Source: Tolypothrix brevis GSE-NOS-MK-07-07A (GTDB lineage: Bacteria > Cyanobacteriota > Cyanobacteriia > Cyanobacteriales > Nostocaceae). Taken from it: a stretch of 24,000 nt of DNA. Position numbers and translations under genes: made by a program. The notes below the pieces were generated by a model. It had not been told where the DNA came from, made no database searches, and saw only the letters and a list, made by a program, of their open reading frames with translations. Below, piece after piece: positions 1 to 8,167 of the stretch; the stretch's first letter is position 1, and each line of letters opens with the position of its first letter. The stretch is from NCBI GenBank assembly GCA_019358985.1, contig JAHHIJ010000031.1:7839-31838 (forward strand). Reading direction: 5' to 3'.

Positions 1-430
1 AAACTGTACAAGTAGCGTAATCTAAAATCAGATTTCCTACTTTTAGTTGCGGTGCTTTAAAATTAGGATAACGTCGCTGTAAAGCACGCAATCTTGCTAG
101 CAATTCCACCATTCCAAAGGGCTTTACTAAATAATCATCAGCCCCAGCATCCAACCCAGCAACTTTATCTTCCATGCTATCTCTTGCTGTCAGCATCAGC
201 ACTGGTAATGAATTGTTGCGAACCCGCAGACGCTTACACAAATCTAAACCCGATAATCCTGGTAGCAACCAATCAAAGATTCCTAACGTGTATTGCGTCC
301 AATTACTTTCTAGATAACTCCATGCTTCATCTCCATCTTGAACCCAGTCAACAATATATTTTTCTTGATGTAGTTTTCGCTTAATTGATGCACCCAAATC
401 TAATTCGTCTTCAACTAGTAAAATTTTCAT
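1..430 (-). CDS. OmpR/PhoB-family response regulator, first ~143 codons (gene continues past the left edge)
   Basis: Hand translation of the minus strand from the ATG (complement of 428-430) gives MKILLVEDDELDLGASIKRKLHQEKYIVDWVQDGDEAWSYLESNWTQYTLGIFDWLLPGLSGLDLCKRLRVRNNSLPVLMLTARDSMEDKVAGLDAGADDYLVKPFGMVELLARLRALQRRYPNFKAPQLKVGNLILDY... This is a CheY-like receiver running into the start of a winged-helix output domain. It is missing from the ORF track only because its stop lies outside the window. Confidence 0.9.
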   Translation of the reverse strand, partial: MKILLVEDELDLGASIKRKLHQEKYIVDWVQDGDEAWSYLESNWTQYTLGIFDWLLPGLSGLDLCKRLRVRNNSLPVLMLTARDSMEDKVAGLDAGADDYLVKPFGMVELLARLRALQRRYPNFKAPQLKVGNLILDYATCTV

Positions 431-461
431 AGGAAGCGGATACAGTTCTATAATTTATTTA

Positions 462-947
462 TCAATTCACACGCAGTCGAACCACACCAATTGATAATTC
501 TGCATTTATTCCAACTAAAAATGCCGAAATCTTGTATAGTTTTTCTCCAGAAGTAACTCTAGTTTTTTTGACATTATTCATCTCAATGGTAAGCATAGTT
601 CCAGGAGCCACTGGTTCGGCAAATAATAATGTAACTTTTTTGTCATTAATAGTAATTTTTGGCTCAATCTTTTTACCCGATTGGTCAGACACATCAATAT
701 TATTCCTGACAACTATATTCTCTGGAGCTTCGATGTTTAGTTGAGAAACAGCCTTGCTTTGTTGGGGAATTTCTAACTTTAATGTATGTCTAAGAATTCG
801 CCAGTGTTTTATACCTTGGGGAAATTCTGATAAGCTAATAATGTGAGGAAAATTACCAGATTCTCTTGTAGAATTGGCATAAGTGCCTGGCATCGAAACT
901 GCTACAGTCAAGGTGAAAGCTGCTGCACAAATTAAAGCTTTTTTCAT
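462..947 (-). CDS. Secreted hypothetical protein, possibly DUF2808-like; first gene of the operon that also contains the response regulator
   Basis: 161-aa ORF with an N-terminal signal peptide (MKKALICAAAFTLTVAVSMPGTYA). The remainder looks beta-rich (..VTLLFAEPVAPGTMLTIEMNNVKK..). It ends 31 nt upstream of the response-regulator start on the same strand. The DUF2808 resemblance is from memory only. Confidence 0.75.
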   Translation of the reverse strand: MKKALICAAAFTLTVAVSMPGTYANSTRESGNFPHIISLSEFPQGIKHWRILRHTLKLEIPQQSKAVSQLNIEAPENIVVRNNIDVSDQSGKKIEPKITINDKKVTLLFAEPVAPGTMLTIEMNNVKKTRVTSGEKLYKISAFLVGINAELSIGVVRLRVN

Positions 948-1015
948 TACTACACTCCTCTAACTACTTAAATGAATCAACCATCAATATCTTCTTGGCT
1001 GAATAATACATTTAT

Positions 1016-1054
1016 TTAATAGTTTGGCAGAGCGAGATGAAATTAGGATGAAAT
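1016..1054 (-). promoter_or_regulatory. Direct-repeat operator (ATTTCATCCTAATTTCATC on the minus strand, 1036-1054), then 14 nt, then a -10 box TATTAA (1016-1021)
   Basis: One of four near-identical motif copies. Each lies upstream of a minus-strand transcription unit with identical 14-nt spacing to a TAnnnA-like hexamer. This copy is about 70 nt upstream of the ATG at 947. Confidence 0.65.
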
Positions 1055-1231
1055 TTGATAGTATCCCCGAAAAATTATCAGAAGTAAAATTTTTTAATTT
1101 ATTTTGTTTTAAAGAATTCTCAATTATTTAGATAATAACTTATTGTTACTTAACATTATTAAAAGCTATTAAGAAGTTAAAGCATCAGCTTATTGACTGT
1201 GTGCCATAAAGTAGATACTGGTTAAATTGGA

Positions 1232-1258
1232 TCAGGTGCGTTAATGTAGCGCACCTGA
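1232..1258 (-). terminator. Putative terminator hairpin after the lipoprotein gene
   Basis: 9-bp perfect stem TCAGGTGCG (1232-1240) / CGCACCTGA (1250-1258) with a 9-nt loop, 23 nt past the stop at 1281. The trailing T-run on the minus strand is weak (TCCAATTT). Confidence 0.35.
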
Positions 1259-1280
1259 CAAAAATTGTAAATTTTGATGG

Positions 1281-1799
1281 TTATCGTTTAAAGTTAAAAC
1301 GACCGTTGAATTTTTCACCTTTAATATCAGTTTGAAGGACAACTTTATAATCTCCCGTTGCAGTTGCAGGTAGCTTTGCTGTGTATTGCTTCTCCTCAGT
1401 ATTATAAGGAACTTGTAAAGTTTGGTTACTGCCATCTGGTAGCTGAACTTGAGCCGTGAGCTTGGCATCAGTAATTTCTTTGTCCTGCTCACCGTGTACG
1501 GTTATATCTAAATGCGTAGAATCTTTCACTATCTCAGGTTTGAACTCTAAATGGTATTTTCCTGACTGCACAACTTGACCACTATGACCATCTTTACTAT
1601 CTTTGGAATGGTCGTGACCATCTCCTTCAATATGTTTTTCCCCATCTTTTGCAGTTGTTTCAGTTTTAGCTGCTGTTTCTGTAGTTGAACTTGCCGTGGT
1701 ACTTTCTGGATTAGCGGCTTGATTACCACCGCTACAAGCACCTAAGAAAAGTAAGCTGGCACTGCCTAAAGCAATTAAGCTGGTTTTGATAACTTTCAT
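1281..1799 (-). CDS. His-rich lipoprotein, putative periplasmic metal-binding protein (YtkA/CopC-like guess)
   Basis: 172-aa ORF with a signal peptide and lipobox (..SLLFLGAC-SGG). This is followed by a Thr/Ala-rich linker, a His/Asp cluster (HIEGDGHDHSKDSKDGHSG) and a beta-sandwich-like C-terminal half. It lies downstream of the RND fragment and shares that fragment's operator/promoter copy. Confidence 0.8.
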   Translation of the reverse strand: MKVIKTSLIALGSASLLFLGACSGGNQAANPESTTASSTTETAAKTETTAKDGEKHIEGDGHDHSKDSKDGHSGQVVQSGKYHLEFKPEIVKDSTHLDITVHGEQDKEITDAKLTAQVQLPDGSNQTLQVPYNTEEKQYTAKLPATATGDYKVVLQTDIKGEKFNGRFNFKR

Positions 1800-1834
1800 T
1801 GATTTACACTCCTCAATATTTGATAAATAAACAA

Positions 1835-2089
1835 CTAAAAGCTGACTTCTCCGGCAATTTCAGTATTAATAGTTGGTTGAGTTTTTTTCGGAACCAAAAA
1901 CTTACCAAACTGAATATACAAAGCAGGAAGTACCAGCAACGTTAAAGCGGTAGATGTAAACAATCCACCCAAAACTACAATCGCAAGTGGTTGTAGTATT
2001 TCTTTTCCTGCACCGCTGCCAATTACCAAAGGCATCATACCCAGCGCAGAAGATAAAGCTGTCATCAAAATTGCAACCAATCTTTCCAT
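1835..2089 (-). pseudogene. Duplicated 3' fragment of a CusA/CzcA-type RND pump gene (last two TM helices only)
   Basis: The 84-aa ORF aligns by hand at 50/69 identical residues to the C-terminus of the 1055-aa RND protein (MERLVAILMTALSSALG..LQPLAIVVLGGLFTSTALTLLVLPALY..FGKFLVPKK vs MERLNAILMTALTSSLG..LQPLSVVVFGGLFTSTAITLVVLPALY..FGKFLFPKK). Homology continues about 10 codons 5' of the ATG (IREVLIEGSM vs LKEVITKGSM) and is then lost. Confidence 0.7.
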
Positions 2090-2168
2090 CGAACCTTCAA
2101 TTAAAACTTCCCGTATTAGGTATATTCGTACTCTTAGTACAGCTAGTAAATTTAAATATTGGGTACTT

Positions 2169-2207
2169 TATCTACTTTCTCAGATCAAGATGAAATTGGG
2201 ATGAAAT
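2169..2207 (-). promoter_or_regulatory. Direct-repeat operator (ATTTCATCCCAATTTCATC, 2189-2207), then 14 nt, then a -10 box TAGATA (2169-2174)
   Basis: Second copy of the motif with the same architecture. It lies about 80 nt upstream of the RND-fragment ORF and the lipoprotein gene. Confidence 0.65.
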
Positions 2208-2221
2208 TTCTGGCAGGTATT

Positions 2222-2302
2222 TTAGGGTGCGTACTTAACGAAGTTCGTAACGCACCGCTTCTCAAGGATTTGGTGCGTTACGCTCCGCTAACACACCCTA
2301 CG
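2222..2302. repeat. Short palindromic dispersed-repeat element (MITE/SDR-like)
   Basis: TAGGGTG (2223-2229) is inverted as CACCCTA (2293-2299). There is an internal imperfect palindrome GGTGCGTACTTAACGAA-G-TTCGTAACGCACC (2226-2256), plus a second GGTGCGTTACGC copy at 2271-2282. The sequence style matches Nostoc intergenic repeats. Confidence 0.5.
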
Positions 2303-2346
2303 TATATTTAAGTGCTGGGAACGAAGAGGAGTAATGATTATTTTAA

Positions 2347-5300
2347 CTACATATGCATCAAAAATTGCCCCTCTTTAGCTGACTCCACTTTCTTCGGAAA
2401 TAAAAACTTACCAAACTTCGCATACAACGCAGGTAAAACTACTAAAGTTATTGCAGTAGAAGTAAACAAACCACCAAATACAACTACAGATAACGGTTGC
2501 AAAAGTTCCTGTCCTGGTCCACCTTGAATCACCATCGGGGCTAAACCTAATGAGGAAGTTAAAGCTGTCATCAAAATCGCATTTAGTCGTTCCATTGACC
2601 CTTTGGTAATAACTTCCTTTAATGGCATTCCTTCAGCATACTTACTATTATAATTGTCCACCAATAACAAACCGTTGCGAGTTGCTACCCCAAACAAGGA
2701 AACAAACCCAACTAAAGACGCAACCGAAATTACCCCACCAGTTAAAGCAACAGCGATTACACCTCCTACCAAGGCAATTGGTAAGTTAATCATAATCATC
2801 GCGGTAGAAGGGATAGATTTAACTGAAAGGTACATTAATACTGTAATCGCAATGAATGCGATCGCGCTAAAAACGAGAATATTTTGGGTTGCACGTTCTT
2901 CAGCTTCAAACTGACCTGCATACTGAATAAAATAACCCGCAGGTACTTGGATATTACTTTTAACTTTGCTTTCAATATCAGTGACAATCGAGCGTAAATC
3001 TCGACCTTTAGCATTTGCAGAAACGACTATCAAGCGGGAAACGTTTTCACGGTTGATTGTATTGGGTCCCGTTCCATTAACAATAGTAGCAACGTTACCT
3101 AAAGGTACTTTCTGTCCATCGGGAGTATCAATCAACAAATTACGGATGGTTTCTAAATTTTGCCGTGCTTCAGGTTTTAACCATACAATCAAATCAAAAG
3201 ACTGTTGGTTTTCTAAGACCTTAGAAACAACTTTACCATTGAGTGCAGTTTCAATTGTATCTGCCAAATCCCCCACCGTATGACCGTAACGACTAGCTGC
3301 ATCACGGTCAAATTTAATTTGAATTTGTGGTACTGGAAGTTGTGGTTCGAGTTGTAAGTCAATGACACCATCAACTGTTGCCATTTGTTGCTCTACTTGC
3401 TGCCCAATTTTCCTTAACTGCGCTAAATCGGAACCGAAAATTTTCACAGCTATGGAACTACGAACCCCAGATAAAACTTCGTCCATTCGGTGCGAAAGAA
3501 ATCCGCCAACATTAGCTGCTGCACCCGGTATTTTCTCAAATGCTGCTCGCATCACTCCTAAAGTTTTTTCCCGGTTTCGCATTCCCTCATCGGTTAATTC
3601 AATGTCAAGGTGAGCAACGTTTACACCTGCGGCTTCGGAATCACCTGTAGCACGTCCAGAACGAGTTTGAATAAATTTAAATCTCTGGTCATTTTTTAAT
3701 GCTTCTTCAATTACATAACCAGCTTTGGTACTACTTTCTAGAGAAACAGTTGGGTAAGATATCAAAGTATTGACCATCGTTTGCTCTTGAAACTCTGGTA
3801 AAAATGCTCTACCGAAAGAAGGAATAATCGCAATTGATGCGACTGTTAAAACTGTTGCGATACCCATAATCAAGAAGGAATTTCGCATGGAAAAATTTAA
3901 ACAAGAGCTATAAATTGCCTTACAAAATCTAGCTAGCCAAGGTTCTCGCTTTGTTACCTTTGTATTCGGTAATAAAATTGCACATAAAGCTGGAGAAACC
4001 AACAAAGATTCTAAACTAGAAATGACAACTACCACTAAATAAGAAATACCCATTGGGGTAAAAATTCGACCTTCAATACCCGGTAAGGTAAAAATTGGCG
4101 AGAAAACAATAATACCAATAATCGTTGCACCAACCAGCGAATCGCGTACTTCTTGAGAACCTTCAAAAATAATTTCTAACGGTGATAATGGATCGTCAGA
4201 AGTTTTATTTTCCCGTAATCGGCGATAAGTATTTTCACCGTATACAATTGCATCATCAATTGCAGTCCCAATCGCAACTGCTAAACCACCCAAAGTCATT
4301 GTATTTAGTCCAATTCCCAACCATGAAAGTGCTAGCATCCCAAACAGTAATGTTAATAAAAAGTCTAACAAACATACTGCGAGGATACGCCAATTCATTA
4401 AAAAAGGAATCAGAATAATTGCGGCAATAATACTACCTTGAATCAAAGAGGAACGAACGTTGTCAACAGAAGATTCAATATAACTGTCTTGGCGAAATGT
4501 AGTAGTAACTTTAATATTTTTTGGCAATCCGGCTTTGATTTCTGCCATTGTTTTTTCTACCGCACGGGTGACAGTCGGAGTATCAACTATTGGCTGCTTA
4601 TTCACCATGACAATAATTGCGGGTTTGCCATTAAAACTGCCATCACCCCGTTTTAGTGCTGCCCCAATTTGGACATCGGCTACATCTTGCAATCTTACGG
4701 GAACGCCATTACGTGAAATAATAGTTGATTTTTTCAAGTCTTCAATTGATTCGATTCTACCGATACCCCGAATCAACTGTTCTGTATCTGGCGTAATCAA
4801 AAATCCACCAGGAGCATTGACGTTTGCTTTTTGAGTTGCTTGCGTAACTTGGTCTAGAGTAATATTAAAAGCTGCTAATTTTACTGGGTCAACTAGTACT
4901 TGAAATTGACGTTCGTCACCACCAAAACTTAAAATTTGGCTGACTCCAGGAACAGCTAAAAGGCGATTTGTTACTTGCCAATCGACGATTCGACGGGCTT
5001 CCATGAGGGGGTTAGGAGTTGCGGATGTAGCTTGTCCGTCCGGGGTAGAATTGGAGGAGTTTTCCCCATCTTCGACGGTAAAAGCGTACTGGACGACTAA
5101 ACCAACGGGGGAAGTGGTGGGGGATATTTGTGGTGTTTCAACTCCTGGAGGCAGCTTGTTAACCGCTTGTTGTAATCGTTCGGTAATTAGCTGCCGTGCT
5201 TGATAAATGTCAGTTGACGAATTAAATATCACCCTCACCGCAGAAATACCAGCCGCACTCGACGAACGAACTGCGGTTACTCCCGGTGTGCCGTTAATTG

Positions 5301-5514
5301 CACTCTCTATTGGTAAAGTTACTAGCGATTCGACTTCCTCCGGCGCGAGTCCAGGGGCTTCGGCTTGGATTTCTACTTGCGGCGGTGCAAAGGCTGGCAG
5401 TACATCCAACGGCATCTGAGGAATGACGTAGAATGTCCAAAACGAGACAATAATTGTAGCTAATACGACGAGCCAGCGTCGGTTAATTACCCACCTTACA
5501 ATGTTTCCAAGCAT
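2347..5514 (-). CDS. Heavy-metal efflux RND permease, CusA/CzcA family
   Basis: 1055-aa ORF with 12-TM RND architecture and two large periplasmic loops. The TM4 motif AIGTAIDDAIVYGEN resembles, from my recollection, the E. coli CusA motif (AVGAMVDAAIVMIEN) more than the CzcA motif (DFGIIVDGAVVIVEN). Confidence 0.95.
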   Translation of the reverse strand: MLGNIVRWVINRRWLVVLATIIVSFWTFYVIPQMPLDVLPAFAPPQVEIQAEAPGLAPEEVESLVTLPIESAINGTPGVTAVRSSSAAGISAVRVIFNSSTDIYQARQLITERLQQAVNKLPPGVETPQISPTTSPVGLVVQYAFTVEDGENSSNSTPDGQATSATPNPLMEARRIVDWQVTNRLLAVPGVSQILSFGGDERQFQVLVDPVKLAAFNITLDQVTQATQKANVNAPGGFLITPDTEQLIRGIGRIESIEDLKKSTIISRNGVPVRLQDVADVQIGAALKRGDGSFNGKPAIIVMVNKQPIVDTPTVTRAVEKTMAEIKAGLPKNIKVTTTFRQDSYIESSVDNVRSSLIQGSIIAAIILIPFLMNWRILAVCLLDFLLTLLFGMLALSWLGIGLNTMTLGGLAVAIGTAIDDAIVYGENTYRRLRENKTSDDPLSPLEIIFEGSQEVRDSLVGATIIGIIVFSPIFTLPGIEGRIFTPMGISYLVVVVISSLESLLVSPALCAILLPNTKVTKREPWLARFCKAIYSSCLNFSMRNSFLIMGIATVLTVASIAIIPSFGRAFLPEFQEQTMVNTLISYPTVSLESSTKAGYVIEEALKNDQRFKFIQTRSGRATGDSEAAGVNVAHLDIELTDEGMRNREKTLGVMRAAFEKIPGAAANVGGFLSHRMDEVLSGVRSSIAVKIFGSDLAQLRKIGQQVEQQMATVDGVIDLQLEPQLPVPQIQIKFDRDAASRYGHTVGDLADTIETALNGKVVSKVLENQQSFDLIVWLKPEARQNLETIRNLLIDTPDGQKVPLGNVATIVNGTGPNTINRENVSRLIVVSANAKGRDLRSIVTDIESKVKSNIQVPAGYFIQYAGQFEAEERATQNILVFSAIAFIAITVLMYLSVKSIPSTAMIMINLPIALVGGVIAVALTGGVISVASLVGFVSLFGVATRNGLLLVDNYNSKYAEGMPLKEVITKGSMERLNAILMTALTSSLGLAPMVIQGGPGQELLQPLSVVVFGGLFTSTAITLVVLPALYAKFGKFLFPKKVESAKEGQFLMHM

Positions 5515-5558
5515 TTTTGATTTTAGTGATTTGCGTTCTGTACTTGGCGTGTAGTTAC

Positions 5559-5597
5559 TTTCTAGTTTTTCATGCTCGGATGAAATTGGGATGAAAT
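5559..5597 (-). promoter_or_regulatory. Direct-repeat operator (ATTTCATCCCAATTTCATC, 5579-5597), then 14 nt, then a -10 box TAGAAA (5559-5564)
   Basis: Third copy of the motif, about 45 nt upstream of the RND ATG at 5514. Confidence 0.65.
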
Positions 5598-5646
5598 ATG
5601 TAAAGGCTGAATTATGAATTATAAATTATCAAATTCTGTAGCTTGT

Positions 5647-6000
5647 TCAAAATGGAAGCGACATAATCTGATTAATCCATTCCTCAGCCGTAGACGCTTC
5701 CCAAACCAGGATGAGTGCATCGATCGCTTCACTGATTGGGAGACTTTGGGAAATAATCAGAACGCCAGAACTGGTTTGTGACACGACAAACTGACCAAAC
5801 TCAGTTGGCATGGTTTTACGATCGTGTGTGACAAGCACTCTGCCATCTCGTGCTGCAATTGCCAGAACCTCTGGATCTTTGATGCCTTCAAGCCTTGCTT
5901 CGTTGGCTGACTGAAAATCAAGGTTGGATTGTCTGCGTGTAGCCCCAACTACAATTGCTTGTCTGAGATCGGCATCGGCTTGGAATCGAACTTTCGTCAT
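5647..6000 (-). CDS. DUF5615-like (PIN/Mut7-C-like) putative toxin
   Basis: 117-aa ORF (MTKVRFQADADL..VLVTHDRKTMP..). Its start overlaps the stop of the upstream DUF433-like ORF in an ATGA junction (5997-6000), which is typical type II TA-like coupling. Confidence 0.8.
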   Translation of the reverse strand: MTKVRFQADADLRQAIVVGATRRQSNLDFQSANEARLEGIKDPEVLAIAARDGRVLVTHDRKTMPTEFGQFVVSQTSSGVLIISQSLPISEAIDALILVWEASTAEEWINQIMSLPF

Positions 6001-6329
6001 ACCGCGCCTTGTTTGCGCTCTTGAGCTGCTTTTAATTTTTGGTACAGCAGTGGATTTTTTTCTCTAAAGGATTGTTGCAGTTGGTGAAACTCTGCTTCAC
6101 CTTGCTTTAAGTAGGCATCAAGCATCTCCCGGTTGGCAAGGTAGAAGGCGATCGCACCATATACCTGTTCTAACGAAAGTAAGGGGAAATTTTGAGCAAT
6201 GCTTTCTGGGGATTCTCCATTTAAGAAGGAATAAATGACTGAATCGAGGGAAACGCGGGTTCCTTCGATCCAGTATCCTCCCTGGCGTTGCTCGATATAT
6301 TGCTTTGTTGGGGTGGGTGATAATGTCAT
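5997..6329 (-). CDS. DUF433-like putative antitoxin (HTH)
   Basis: 110-aa ORF (..GGYWIEGTRVSLDSVIYSFLNGESPESIAQNFPLLSLEQVYGAIAFYLANREMLDAYL..), which matches the DUF433 pattern from memory. It is translationally coupled to the downstream DUF5615-like ORF. Confidence 0.8.
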   Translation of the reverse strand: MTLSPTPTKQYIEQRQGGYWIEGTRVSLDSVIYSFLNGESPESIAQNFPLLSLEQVYGAIAFYLANREMLDAYLKQGEAEFHQLQQSFREKNPLLYQKLKAAQERKQGAV

Positions 6330-6383
6330 AGGGCTACTGACGATCTCTACCTCAATGTTAAGCGTCTTTCATAACCTTTACTG

Positions 6384-8048
6384 CTACTCATCTTTCTTGC
6401 CCTTCTCTACCACAGACGCATCCGCCAAAGGTGATGAATGTTTATCTAGATAAACCTCAGTTTCATACCTGAACTCGTTGTAATCTAAATTACCTGCTGG
6501 AATTAAACGGGAATGCTTGCGACTCGACCAAAAACTTCCAGCCGCAAAAGCACCAGCCGCAACTATAGTTCCCCCACCTGCTACTAATAACCACAAAGGT
6601 AAAGCAAAATTATTACTTTTAACCGTAGTCTCTTCTTCGTGATTATCTTCCTCTACTTTTTTACTACCACTTCGTAATGACTGCGCGTATAATTGCGTAG
6701 CTCGTTGAGTAACAATCATATCGCCATCAAATAAACCTGTTTTCACCTCCACTATATCCCCAGAGGTTTGACCCAATATGACTTCAGCAGCTTGGTAAGC
6801 ACTACCATTTTGGACGTAGACAATTTTTTTACCATTACCATCAACCATTGCAGAGGTGGGAATCGCCAAAGTGGGTGCAGATTGTTGACCTGTCAATACT
6901 TCCAGTTCGGCAAACATTCCGGGTTTGAGTTGTCCACCTGGGTTATCCACTACGGCTTGTACGGGTACTACTCGTGTTTCTCCTTGTACAGATGTGCCAA
7001 TTCGGGTAATTTTTCCTGTGAAAGTGCGATCGCGTAAACTCGCAACTTTCAAATTCACCCTTTCACCAATTTTTACCTTACCTAAATCTTTTTCGTAAAT
7101 ATTCGCTGTCGCAAACACCCGACTATCGTTAACAATAGTCATCAATCTACCACCTGCATCGTTAAAAGTTTGACCGATGGTTACTTCGCGGTCAGCTATT
7201 TTACCAGAAATCGGAGCCGTCACTGTCACCAATCCCTTAGAATTGGGGAGGTTTCCTAATTGTTGCAGCCGAGTATTATAAATATCTCCACTGATGCGTA
7301 GTTGTACTTGTGCTACCTGAAGGGCAGATTGAGCGCGTTTAACTTGTGCTTCGGCTTCGATTACATCGCGTCTGCTACTGGCTGAAACGAGTTTAGCTTT
7401 TGCTTCTGCTAATTGGGTTTGAGATTCCAAAGCATTACGACGCGGTAAAGCACCAGCCAAGGCTAATTGTGTATCTTTAGTATATTTTTCTTGAGCAAAC
7501 GCGACTTGACTTTGTGCTTGCGCTGTCTCCGCTTGGGCTATTTGTAAATATCGCTCTCTATTTTGTTGAGCTAATGTTAAATCGGCTTGTGCTTGTTGCG
7601 CTTGTGCGATCGCCGAAGCGCGTTTTTCTTGAGATGTAACGCGCAGCTCAACTAAATCGGGACTTGTGACAACGGCGACAGGTTGACCTTTTGTGACTGT
7701 TGCACCAGGCTCTACCAATAACTCTACTACTTTCGCCCCTGTAATTGGAGTCGTGACTTCAACTTTTTGGCTGGGTAGCGTTTCAATTTGTCCGGTGGTT
7801 TTTATCCCAAGAGCGAGAGGCTGACGTTTTACGGGTTCGACTTTAATCCCTAAGCGTTGGGCTGTTTCTGCATCAACATTTACTGAACTATTTGCATCCC
7901 CTCCAGCTTGAAACGAACTTGCACCACTGTGATCGTGTCCAGCACCAGCAAGGACAATACCTTGAGTAGTTAGCAATAGCAAGCTCAGTATTGCAGAAGA
8001 AACATGGAGGAGTGATGCAGTTTGATTTTGAGAACGGTTAAATCGCAT
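6384..8048 (-). CDS. RND efflux membrane fusion protein (HlyD/CusB-type periplasmic adaptor) with an extra C-terminal TM tail
   Basis: 554-aa ORF with an N-terminal signal/anchor and a His cluster (AGHDHSG). It has a long Ala/Gln coiled-coil hairpin (AQAQQAQADLTLAQQNRERYLQIAQAETAQAQ..) and beta-barrel/lipoyl-type segments. The C-terminal ~100 aa contain a TM helix, ALPLWLLVAGGGTIVAAGAFAAGSFW. Confidence 0.93.
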   Translation of the reverse strand: MRFNRSQNQTASLLHVSSAILSLLLLTTQGIVLAGAGHDHSGASSFQAGGDANSSVNVDAETAQRLGIKVEPVKRQPLALGIKTTGQIETLPSQKVEVTTPITGAKVVELLVEPGATVTKGQPVAVVTSPDLVELRVTSQEKRASAIAQAQQAQADLTLAQQNRERYLQIAQAETAQAQSQVAFAQEKYTKDTQLALAGALPRRNALESQTQLAEAKAKLVSASSRRDVIEAEAQVKRAQSALQVAQVQLRISGDIYNTRLQQLGNLPNSKGLVTVTAPISGKIADREVTIGQTFNDAGGRLMTIVNDSRVFATANIYEKDLGKVKIGERVNLKVASLRDRTFTGKITRIGTSVQGETRVVPVQAVVDNPGGQLKPGMFAELEVLTGQQSAPTLAIPTSAMVDGNGKKIVYVQNGSAYQAAEVILGQTSGDIVEVKTGLFDGDMIVTQRATQLYAQSLRSGSKKVEEDNHEEETTVKSNNFALPLWLLVAGGGTIVAAGAFAAGSFWSSRKHSRLIPAGNLDYNEFRYETEVYLDKHSSPLADASVVEKGKKDE

Positions 8049-8167
8049 CGCCTAGAGTTTCCTTGAATAGAGGGGACAGTCACGCCTATGTGTATGGGAG
8101 CACATTCACCAAGAAATAGCTACATAGCTTTTGGAATATATTTCAAAAGCCAGCTTGAGCTTCTTAG

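Noticed and set aside
94-384. 96-aa plus-strand ORF
   Set aside because: It lies antisense to the clearly homologous response-regulator receiver domain on the minus strand.
2312-5419. Many 66-105-aa plus-strand ORFs inside the RND gene. Similar antisense or off-frame ORFs occur inside the membrane fusion protein gene, kdpA, kdpB, kdpC, kdpD, anmK, serA, prmA and the lipoprotein gene (for example 1241-1492, 1547-1741, 6768-7037, 10347-10943 and 12087-12728).
   Set aside because: They are shadow ORFs opposite or overlapping strongly supported genes, and none has a recognisable motif.
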